A DNA stretch of 64,000 nt from Takakia lepidozioides (taxonomy: Eukaryota; Plantae; Bryophyta), in assembly GCA_030704615.1 (NCBI GenBank), contig CM060732.1, positions 5,766,001 through 5,830,000 of the forward strand, given 5' to 3'. The translations under genes were made by a program, and so were the position numbers. A model generated the notes under the pieces. The model did not search any database. It was not told the origin of the DNA and was given only the letters and a program-made list of their open reading frames with translations. Positions 1 through 10,564 of this stretch are shown here, in pieces. Position 1 is the first letter of the stretch. Every line of letters starts with the position of its first letter.

Positions 1-431
1 GGGGGGTTGCTGGCCTCGGGGGGCGGACGACTCCTCCGGCTACAGCGTAGCTACGGCGTGAGCCCAGCCCCGTGAGCCTGGGAGCTGAGCTCACATTGTA
101 GTTGCAAAGCATGAGTGGCACAAATCTGCTGGAGAAGCAGGTCCTATAGGCGAGGATTGTAGGAAGAGGGCCTATTACCGTGGACAAACAAAGGGGCCAC
201 CATGCACCATGTCTGCAATGCCTGCACAAAAAGAGGAATATGAAAATATAGCAGATTTGAGCTCAGAATGATTGACACACTTTATTTCAATTCACAGATA
301 GACGCTTACAATGAATGGCATGTGCATTTGCCCTGGTTCCGTGAATGATATGTATGTGTTTGTCCTAAATGCAAAGTCTTTACACGGTAACCTGGAAACC
401 AGCATGGGAAGCGGCCATGGCTCGTATGTGT

Positions 432-1660
432 TCAAAGAGAATTTGGCGGAGCCCTACGTGAGGTGTCCCGCTGCAGAAGGGTGATTACTTCTCCGTAGCC
501 TAGTGTGGCTTGGTGAATGAATTGGTCTCTCTTACCGTCGCAGCACATAATTACAAGGTATATGTAATATTGATGCTTGCAGGGGACCCACTTCCCTCTC
601 ATGCCGAGAGCGCCCTCACGCATCGTTACAAAATCCGGACAAGTGCACGTAGGAAAATTCCCCACGGTAACTTGATATTCTTTGCCATGAAGAACTGAGC
701 CAATAGACAGCACTGTGTAAATCCGTCCATACCCCGGGGCAGGGACTTCGGTGGTACGAGTCACCCGAACCTGCAAAATTCTAGCCGATTCCATCTTGCA
801 TTCGTGATCTGCACCCGAAGTGACACGGCGCACTGTTTTCCATCTCTTTTTGTTGGGTGGGAGTTGGCACCGGGTGGAGGCATTGCCGGAGCATGTGGCA
901 CATCCGTGGCGACAGTGCATGAGGGCACCACCCAGACCATGCAAGACAGAACCCTCCCTCCTCCAGCATGCTTATCTCAGTTGATGACAGCGACGTCCCA
1001 AGTTTCACAGGCCAAATTGCGGGGGGAGGAGGCTTCATTATCACCGAAGGACGAACTGTTCCCTTGACGCATCATGCCATATCGTCTGGGCAGAACCAGA
1101 ACTTGTGGTCCTTTGACTCCCCACTATGATAAGGTCGGAAATGTGAATGTTGGAGCTGGAGTCCCCCTGGAGCCTCTGCATATTTTTTATTTGCATTTCT
1201 TGAAAGAGGGGGTCCGAATTGCCATGCAAGCCACTCTAGATCCTGGTGGGGTGCGTTCTATATGCCACTCACTATCAATGCAATCAGATTCATGCACCAT
1301 GGCCACCACCTCCTCCAATGGGATTCCTGCTGTTGTGCTTGCATGATCTGCACCTGCTCCACTGGAGGAGGACCCATCTGGGAAGGGGCGGGCACACAAC
1401 TTAGTCTGCACTGGAGACACCCTTAGTACACAGAAATTGACCCTGTCCGGCCGATGGGAATCTCCATCCGACCCTGGAGGAGTTTTCAATTTCCTTTTGC
1501 ATGATCCAAATTTTTCCTCGTCTTCCAAATGGGGGAGCCTGGATTGCAAAGGGGAGCCTTCAGTGCACTTGTTCAGAGCTCTGGCCATCTTCAATGGGTC
1601 TCCAGACCTACTCGCAGCCCTTAGCATCAACAAAGTTGTATCAGGGCCCTTGCCTCCGAT
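432..1660 (-). pseudogene. SWIM zinc-finger protein, frameshifted and 5'-truncated (probably the C-terminal part of a MULE-like transposase)
   Basis: ORF 432..944 contains YQVTVGNFPTCTCPDF...PCKHQYYIY (SWIM CxCxnCxH). ORFs 1187..1633 and 781..1044 continue upstream in other frames. Coding-like sequence stops abruptly at the 120-bp array near 1660. Confidence 0.7.
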
Positions 1661-2830
1661 GTGCCATGGAAGAGGCCCCAGAGTAATATGAGATCAACCG
1701 AAATTCGTTCAATGGGCCGACGGATGGTTGCCCATCCAAATGATTTTCGTTCGCTTTGAGACTTGGCCAATGTGTTCAATGTAACCTCTGATAGGTCCCA
1801 CTGTAATATGAGATCAATCGAAATTCGTTCAATGGGCCAATGAGGCGTTCAGTTGTCATCTGGTTTTTGTTCATTGCGAAAAAGAAATCTTGCAATGCGT
1901 GCACGGCTATTGCACCCATTGAACGGATGTGGTTGAAGCCCCTCTTTTGCCCGCATGTGCTTGAACATGTGTGCGACACATGTGCGGAGACACAACACAC
2001 GAATAAATCATTTGCCTCCCCATCGACACCAAGCCATTCCATAATGTAATTGAATTTAAATTAATTTTAAGCCAATAAATAGGTTTGCACTGCCTTTCAT
2101 TGGGGGTTTCTGGCACGTATCGATTTTGTTTTTGGCTCAATTTTGTTCTGCGGCTTCTAGCATCCCACCACTACTCCCCCGCCAAAATTTGGACCAATAA
2201 AAAATGCCCCCAAAAAAAAGTGTTCTCTTCGCTCACTATTGCAGAACTCTCTATGAAGAGTGCATGAAGTTGAACACAAATCAAGTTCGGAGTGCAAAAC
2301 AGGGAAGAAACTGTGGTTTTGAGTCCAAATGAATTATGTTCGCTCCCAAATTTGGCACGCACGTTGCATATAGCTACATTACACGCCCCATTCAAAAACG
2401 GAATGAAAAAAAAATCGTGAGCACGCGAAACACAGTCTAACAGGTCCCAAAGCAATAACAGATCCAACGGAATACATTCAACGGGTGAACGGATGGTTGC
2501 CCATCCAAATCATTTTTGTTTGCTTGCAAACTTTGCCAGTACGTTCGAGACACCATCTCACAGGTCTCGGATTAATATTAGATCAATCGAAATTCATTCG
2601 ATGGCTCAACGGATGGTTGGCCATCGAGATGATTTTGGTTCGCTTTCCGACTTGGCCAGTATGTTCAATGTGCCATGGAAGAGGCCCCTGAGTAATATGA
2701 GATCAACCGAAATTCATTCAATGGGCCGACGGATGGTTGCCCATCCGAATGATTTTCGTTCGCTTTGAGACTTGGCCAATGTGTTCAATGTACCCTCTGA
2801 TAGGTCCCAGTGTAATATGAGATCAATCGT
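1660..2830 (+). repeat. 120-bp tandem array (orientation A), split by a ~600-bp conserved module at 1850-2440
   Basis: The TAATATGAGATCAA motif occurs at 1684/1804 and 2573/2693/2813 (period 120). 1660-1820 nearly duplicates 2670-2830. Confidence 0.85.
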
Positions 2831-2849
2831 TAACGATTAATCATGAATC

Positions 2850-4565
2850 ATCCAATAAGGGAACTGTTGGTTCACCCTTTGAACCATTTAACATTGTCAT
2901 CATACTTGTGCAGTAACTTTAAGAAGGCATGTACAAGACACTCGCAAAGTTTCAAATGAATCCAAAATCATTTGGCAGGGGAATGATTGGTTCACCCATA
3001 GCCAATTTCAGGGGCTGAAATTGCCATTTCACAGGCTACAGTTGCAATTTGAGGGGCGGGAATTGTCATTTCAGGGGCTAGAAGTGCAATGAGAGGGGTT
3101 GGAATTAAATTTCAGGGGCTTCAATTGCAATTTGAGGGGTTGTAATTGACAATTTCAAGGGCTCAAATTACAATTTGAGGGGCGGCCGGGGTTGGTCATT
3201 TTAGGGACTGACATTACCAATTTTAAGGGCTTGAATTGCATTTTGAATTGTAATTCAAGGGTTACAATGAGCCATTGGGGGGCTAGAATTACCAAAGCAA
3301 TGACATCCAAAGCAATCTAAAATTATTTGATAGCGGAATGATTGGTTCACCCTTTCAACCATTTTTTATTCACGTCATACTTGTCCGGTACTTGTAGGAG
3401 GGCATGTGGCTGACACTTGCAAAGCTTCAAAGCAATGTAAAATCATTTGATAGTGGAACAATTGGTTCACCCTTTCAACCATATTCTACTGACCTCATAC
3501 TTGTCCGGTACCTTTAAAATGGCACGTGAAAGACACTTGCAAAGCTTTAAAGCACTCCAAAATCATTTGATATGTTCATGATTGATTCACCCTTTCAACC
3601 ATTTTAGATTGATTTGAAACTTGTGAAAGACCTGTAAGAGGGCATGTACAAGACACTTGCAAAGTTTCAAATCAATTTAAAATCATTTGGTAGGGGGACG
3701 ATTGGTTCATCCTTTAAACCATTTTAGATTGATGTCATACTTCTCAAAGACGTGTAAGAGGGCATGTAGAAGACAGTTGCAAAGTTTTGGAGCAATAAAA
3801 TATCATTTCATCGGGGAAGTTTCCGTTCACCCTTTCATCCAATTTTGAATTGAACTGGATTTTTACTAAATAAAATGATTTAGAGGGCATAGGATTGTGG
3901 GGCGCAATGAGTGTGGGGCGCAATGATTTTGTTTTTGGCTTGATTTTGTTCTGTGAGTTGAACCCTCACACCACCACATCCTTGCCAAAAAATGTACCAA
4001 AGAAAAATGTTTGGAAAAAAAACGTTCATCCTTTGCTCTATGCTCACTATTGCAGAACTATCTATGAAGAGTGCATGAAGTTGAAGATAACTTCACCTTG
4101 GAGTGCAAATGAGGGAATAAAATGTGTTTTGGATGTAGACAATGTCTGTTCATGGTGATATTTTGCATGCAACTCTTCATGTTGTTATCAAGCATATGGC
4201 TTCAGAATGGAATTAAAAACAATTCATGTGCAGGCGAAAGGTTGTTTCTCCTTATGAATTTGAATAACCAATTCAAACAACTTTGTTGAAGTTCAACTTT
4301 GGTCCATATGTGCTTAAGTATGTACAAATCATGTACACAAAGTTGCAAGCAAAGAAATAATCATTTGCCCCCCGAACGACTCGTTAAACCTTTCAACCAA
4401 TTTTCAATTATGAATCATTTAATAGGGGAACTATTGGTTCACCCTTAGAACCATTTTAGATTGACCTCATACTTGTCCGGTAACTTAAAGAGGGCATGTA
4501 CAACACACTCCCAAAGTTTCAAATCAATCTAAAATCATTTGGCAGGGGAACGATTGGTTCACCCA
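2850..4565 (-). repeat. 120-bp tandem array (reverse complement of orientation A), with a ~21-bp degenerate minisatellite (3000-3300) and a second module copy (3840-4400)
   Basis: The ATTGGTTCAC-type motif occurs at 2866, 2986, 3341, 3461, 3581, 3701, 3821, 4433 and 4553. Its reverse complement (CCAAATGATTTT...TTTGAAACTTTGCAAGTGT) aligns with the orientation-A unit. Confidence 0.85.
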
Positions 4566-4733
4566 TTGACCCGGTGTACACTGCACTCTTCAAGATTTGT
4601 GAGTGTGGTGCTTGATTATCCCATATGATGGACCCAGGTGCCATGGCCAAGTAACAAACCATTAAAACATTATGGTACGAGACAAACACAATTGAAAATA
4701 ACATTTATTCAAACATGATGTACAGTCAGAGGT

Positions 4734-6242
4734 CTACAAGTTTCTATCCATCCTCCAGCAATTTTTGGGCTCAGGCCAATTGAATAGCCCCGTCATGCAA
4801 CGCTTCACAACATTTTCTAGTTTGTACCGCAACTCTACTGTGTCTACACACAAGTTTTCCAGAGCGGAAGCAAAACAGGTTCCAGTAGACATATCGTTGA
4901 GCAGGCTTGCATCGAACGTGTTACCCCCATTTATTGCCTGGGCTATCTTCCCAATTGCAAAGGTCTCTAATGGCACGGTTAGAGAGGGCCTACGAGGTGT
5001 GCCATCTGACTGGTTGTTGGCTACATTATGAACAATTGCAATTTCAGGTGCAATCCACCATCTAAGTGCGAGAGTCTTTATCATCTTGTCTCTGCTCTCG
5101 AAAATGTACAACGTGGTTTTTGGGTCATCCGTCGTGGAGGCCATCCCCCAATCGCATACCCCGATGTACACATCTTCAGACCCTCGTGGAAAATGCAACA
5201 AGATGTTGTCGGGGGACATGCCGTTGTGCAAGAGGTGGTGATTATGGACGTTGAGCATGATGTACAAAAGCGCCCACGCCAATTGGGTACGATTCTGTTG
5301 GAATCGAACCAGTCGGTTGACCTCCTGCATTTCCTGCTCCGTCCCCCGTCGTTCCATTAACTCCCTGTTATCCCGATCATTCCCCCATTTCCTGTCAATA
5401 CTCACCTATGATCGTATGGTCCCCCCATTCCACCAATGTGTGTAACCTTCATTTCGACGTGGATGCAACGCAAAATACTTTATGATGTCGAAATGATGGA
5501 ACTTTACAGCCAACGCCTCATTGTTATGTTGGACTTTGGCAAGCTCAACATTTGTTTCCATGGGCGTTTTCCCTGCTAGCTCCCAAGATGGAGGAATGAA
5601 TTGATCCCCAACAATTCTAACCCTCCGAATTGTACCATACCCTCCCTGTTTGGGCGCGCCGAGTTGTTGTACTTATGCATTTGTGGATATGTATCTCACG
5701 TTCAATGCCGCATCCGCGGACGAGGACCCTGCCTTCCATGGGAGTGGTTTTGTACGTCGTTTGGCGTGGGCCTTTGCCATGTCAGACCACCAATCCACAA
5801 GCACAAACAACTCCTCCTCTGAAGTTGGCATGCGACCTTCAGCTACAGGTGTTCTCGTAATAAACTTGTCCATGGTTTGCCTCAGATTCCATGTGGCATC
5901 ATGGGCCCGGTCCTCCATCCATTTCGTGAACTGGAACTTCGCCCTGTCCTCCTCCCATTCTTCCCCGGCCAAAGCCTCCCTCATTCTCATCTCCATATTG
6001 TGCTGGAATCTAAGGAACCCCTCATTCCCATGTCGAACATACAAAAGATTCAAACGCATTATGTCATTGTCCTTCAAATAATCCAGCACTACTTGCTTCA
6101 CCACCTTCGCGGCCTCTGCGCTTGGATAGTCTTTTTTATTGACCTGACTATCCCGTTCATGTGCATGTTTACGCTTCCTACCTTTACGCCCACTTCCCGA
6201 GGAACCCCCTGACACTGCATTCGAAGCAACGTTTCCGGACAT
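4734..6242 (-). pseudogene. Intronless Ser/Thr protein kinase pseudogene with a ~190-aa unknown N-terminal domain
   Basis: ORFs 5673..6455 and 4734..5405 are in the same frame. Reading through TAA (5673) and TAG (5406) gives QGGYGTIRRV (Gly loop), LAGK, NE, HNGMSPDNILL (catalytic loop, D>G), CDWG and WWIAPE. ATG at 6242. Confidence 0.85.
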
Positions 6243-6530
6243 GATGAAAATACTCTGCGGAATAGACGCGGCTTCGTAACGGAAAACTAAACCCAGACTA
6301 TTGATAACCTTATATACTAGCAGACCAATTTCCTCACCCTCTATTGGTATAGTACCCAAAGCAAACTCTCCCACAGTCACAGGAAAAAAAGGCAAAAACT
6401 CCTCCCCCACACAAATCCACTTTCTCCCCCCCCCCCCACGCTCAGTCCTGGCCACCGAAGTTCAAACTCCAAGAAGCCCCAGAACCGCACTCACAGAGAG
6501 GGAAAAAAATGGTTGGGAATGAGGGGTAGG

Positions 6531-6540
6531 CCCTTATATA
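6531..6540 (-). promoter_or_regulatory. Candidate TATA box of the kinase gene
   Basis: TATATAAGGG on the minus strand ~290 bp upstream of the ATG, followed by a pyrimidine-rich leader. Confidence 0.4.
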
Positions 6541-6559
6541 CTGCCTGGAGAGGCCTGGC

Positions 6560-7075
6560 GTGCGACCGCCTCTGCTGCCCATTCACGCCTCGTCACGTGT
6601 CCAAGGAGCGGTCGTACCTAATAACAAAAAAGAAAATGTGCGACCCCCATAAGCGGTCGCACCTAATAACAAAAAAAAAAAAGTCTGCGACCACCGCCGG
6701 CTGGTGGTCACACCCATTTAAAAAATAATTAAAAATTTGCGACTATCCCCTGCTGGTGGTCGCACCCATTTTAAAAATAATTAAAAATGTGCAACCCTCC
6801 CCTGCTGGTGGTCGCACCTATTTTTAAAAAAATGAAAAAGTTGCGACCACCACCTGCTGGTGGTCGCACCCAATTAAAAAAAAAAGAAAAAATGTGCGAC
6901 CACCCTCTGTTTGTGGTCGCACCTATTAAAAAAATGAAAATGCTGCGACCACGACCTGTTGGTGGTCGCACCCATTTAAAAAATAAGAAAAAATATGCGA
7001 CCACCCCCTTCAGGTGGTCGCACCTATTTTAAGAAAATAAAAATTTGTCCGACCAACCTTTGCTGACGGTCGCAT
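6560..7075. repeat. Array of ~52-bp palindromic units (TGCGACC-N-GGTCGCA) separated by A-tracts
   Basis: Units start at 6561, 6639, 6686, 6738, 6790, 6842, 6895, 6944, 6996 and 7048. Confidence 0.9.
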
Positions 7076-7313
7076 GATTGATAATATAAATCATCATATA
7101 TGAATTTTATAGATAATTAAAGAAATCCACGTAATGAGGCCACATCGGTTGCCACATCGGTTCTCATAGTAAATAGTCAATAGTAAAGTAAGAAAATAAA
7201 CATATTTATGTACAGTAACGTCGGTTTAAGACGTGACGTGACGTACGTCCGTCGCTGACATCGGACGTGACGCTGACACGTCAACGCCACGTCACGTCCA
7301 AATTTGCAACTAG

Positions 7314-7730
7314 GGTGTGCGGTAATGCACACTGTTTGTGCCCCCCTTTTTGGTTCTTTTCTGATGTAAAAAAATGCCACACAGGGCCAGTCTGCCATGT
7401 TCAAATCACACCAAGATGGAATCACCAAACAGTGTGCGGCAACGCACACTGTTTGTGCCCCCCACTTTGCTTGTTTTTCTATGTCAAAATGTGTCACACC
7501 AGGACTATCTGCCATGTACAAATCACACCTATATGGAAGCACAAAACAGTGTGCGGCAACGCACACTGTTTGTGCCCTTGTACTTGGGTTTTTTTCTATG
7601 TCAAAATGTGTCACACCAGGGCTGCCTGTCAAGTTCAAATCACACCTATATGGAAGCACAAAACAGTGTGGGGCAACGCACACTGTTTGTGCCCCCCACT
7701 TTGCTTGTTTTTTGATGTCAATCCCAATCA
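7314..7730. repeat. 117-bp tandem repeat, ~3.5 copies
   Basis: GCACACTGTTTGTGCCC at 7327, 7444, 7561 and 7678. Confidence 0.9.
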
Positions 7731-8261
7731 TCCCAGGAGAACTCGTATGATGCAAATAGCTCCTGCCAGCCCTAATAGTCCTACTAGCACATGTCATCAC
7801 AAACATGTGCATCCCCTCATAGTACACCGACGTATGACCACAAAAGTTCTCATCCCCATCGCTTCGCTCGTCCCATACTACATTGGTTCTCCTAGGATGA
7901 CCAAAAGAATTGTTGACCAGCCCAACAACATTGCCGAAGATATCGGGGTCACCATCACAAAATCTGATCTCAATGGGAGACAACCCCCGTCTACGTACAT
8001 CTTGTCCGTTGACACACAAAATGTAGGGTATGATATATGGGCTTCGAGGCGTAATGTACGGAACTCCCGGGAGGTGTAGTATGGACCATAGTAGGGAAAC
8101 AAGTCCACCATGCTGTTGTTCCCAAGAGGAACCACAATATCATTGACCGTGAATAAACCCCGACCCATAGCAGGGTCAGTAGCAGCTCTCACAACATACC
8201 GTCTACCCCAATATTTGAACTCCACATCCTCTCGGATGGGGGTAGGAGGGCTACAATACAC
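7725..8261 (-). pseudogene. SET-domain protein fragment, frameshifted
   Basis: MGRGLFTVNDI (GxG motif I), PYYG, then GNVVGLVNNS...N and MTCASRTIRAG followed after a frameshift by ELFASY (ELxxxY motif). Confidence 0.7.
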
Positions 8262-10564
8262 TTGGCAGCAATTTTAGTTCGAACAGTGAGGGACTTTCTG
8301 AAGAACAGAATGACACAGTCTGCACCAGAATCACAAACAAGGAAAAATAACTGCCTTCACTACATATTGTCGAGTCAGAGTATTATGTCCACGTTGGCAA
8401 AGCTATATAAATAAATAAATACATTGGGCCTCAATGACATAGCAGCCCAAGAATGTCATTGCATGTGCACAAGTGATACAGCTGGATTTCAGCTTATGAA
8501 GTAAAACACCATGAAAGCTCTAGGATAAGTCTAATCATTGTACCTGAAGGAGATGTCAGACTTAATATACACATGGCCCAATCATAACTCATTTATAATT
8601 TTTGTACAAGAAGCAGACACAAACAGTTTTGAGTACAAGCCGATTATGCAAACCGCAAATACGTGGATACTTCAAATAAGGAGAGGGCATCGGCGACCTA
8701 CCAAACATTTTAGGAAGTGGAAAGCTGCAACACACATAACAATTCAACACAATGATATCTTCCTGAAAATAGCCAAATTGTCATCAGATAATAGATGCAA
8801 CTGCAAGCTGCATATGAAGCGAATTGACAAGCTACATATGTCTGTCTGCTGATCTCAAAGCAGCCACCCCTAGCTCATTTCTTACACTTGGTTCTCCATG
8901 ACTTTCTGGCCTTGCTGGATGCTTCTCCTTCTAGCAAGCAACAACAAAGATTTTGAGTTCAGAATTATGTGGAGTTTTCACAAATTACAGTCCCACATTT
9001 GCCATACATGCACTAGAAGCATTCGTGTTTTTTTCGAATCGACTGCATATCCGCGACCACTCCGGGAACCACTTGGTAGTAAACGGGACTACTGGAGAGT
9101 CGAAACAGACAAAATTTGAAAAAGCCAAAATTGCAAGTGGTTGTAATTACTGCACATGCGACTACAAATTTGCATTCCTAATTCGATTAATGGAATAAAG
9201 ATATTTATTCATTAAAGTGAATATGTAGTCGACTCAACGACTCCATGAACCACTGCGCATTCATTGCACACATGACTCGGCAGCACATTTGCTGACGTGG
9301 CTTTCACAAAAAGAGGTAAACAAAATGTGGCCTTGGGGGAATAGATATTTTAATACATGCTGCCTCCACCTGGCCTGTCTGGCAAGGATGCAAGTGCTGC
9401 GTTGGACATGGCGGGACGTGGGAATGCAAATCCTGACACGGCAAGGCCTTAGTATACTGTGAGCGCGCGTAGTGGCTTCTCATAACGGTGTGACATTGGG
9501 TTCTTGGTCATTCAACATTTACAGAATGTGCTGGATGGAGGCACGATGGAGCGCACGGAGAGGTAAAGGCTGAAAGCGTTCATTAAGGTTGTGAACTACA
9601 ATTATATCATGCCAAACCAGTTTTTCGGTACGCAGATGGTGTCATGAGAGATTCTGCGATTTGCGCATAGGTGGACTTAATTTTGATGTTGACTTGAAGG
9701 CAAATGTGACACCAATGAAACTGGAAACTACAGGTAAGATGATGGCGTGCTACATCGCGACATAAACCTGCATTTGACATTCAGGCTTAGGATTCATGCA
9801 ATTTGGTGCTACTCAGGCCCGCACAGTTCCAGAGCAGAAGTGGGAGCCCATCCCAGGGATGGGGACCTCGTAAGTGCTTCTTCATTTTGTACTCACCTTG
9901 TTTTTGCATCGCACTTGTGCTACAAGGGGCAGAGCCATTCATTTGGCTGGAGGTTCAATTCCTCTACAAGTGAGCTATTCCCGTGTCACTACAATCAGTT
10001 AGATGTGTTTGTGGTGGTTGCTGGATTTGCGGCTCTGGGGTGTCTTGCCAAGTGCTTGCAGGGATCAACGTTAATGTGGACGGGGCAGTACATGTAGCAT
10101 AAAAGCTCATTCACTGGTGAAGAAGACCATGTGCGAACATATGTCATGCTATTGCTTCGAGAGTGCTGTTGTTGGGCAGGTGGGAGAATGGAACAACGGT
10201 GAGAAGGAAAGCAAGGGAAGCACAAAAAGGTGTCGTTCGGTCCTGCTCCTTTGGAGACACCCCCCATTCCACTGGTCTTTGTTCCTGGAAAGCATGCAGA
10301 TGGGCCAGAAAATGCATGCACACATTTACGTCTACTTCCCGTACATGAAGACGATCCTCTCCTCACATGTCAGAAACAATATGGGCAGAACAAAAAAAGG
10401 TTTGTTCACAAGACAGTCAGTGACCACATACCCATACATTATCGATACTATTAACTGTCTCGCCCTTGCTTATAAGCAGGACTGTACAAAATGGGTTCTA
10501 AGGACAGTAATAGTCCTTAGCATAGCTCTCGTCTATGAGCTGCTGGCTTAATGGACACTGAGAT

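Noticed and set aside
6560-7075. CRISPR-like array
   Set aside because: The variable parts are short related loops, the 'spacers' are A-tracts, the context is eukaryotic and there are no cas genes.
7177-8079. Long overlapping ORFs with repeated peptides
   Set aside because: They result from a 117-bp (multiple of 3) tandem repeat that is open on both strands.
9987-9998. CACTACAATCA as the left end of CACTA copy 1
   Set aside because: It matches 11 bp, but the flank TGT does not match ATG. The 9011 end gives a longer match and the correct TSD.
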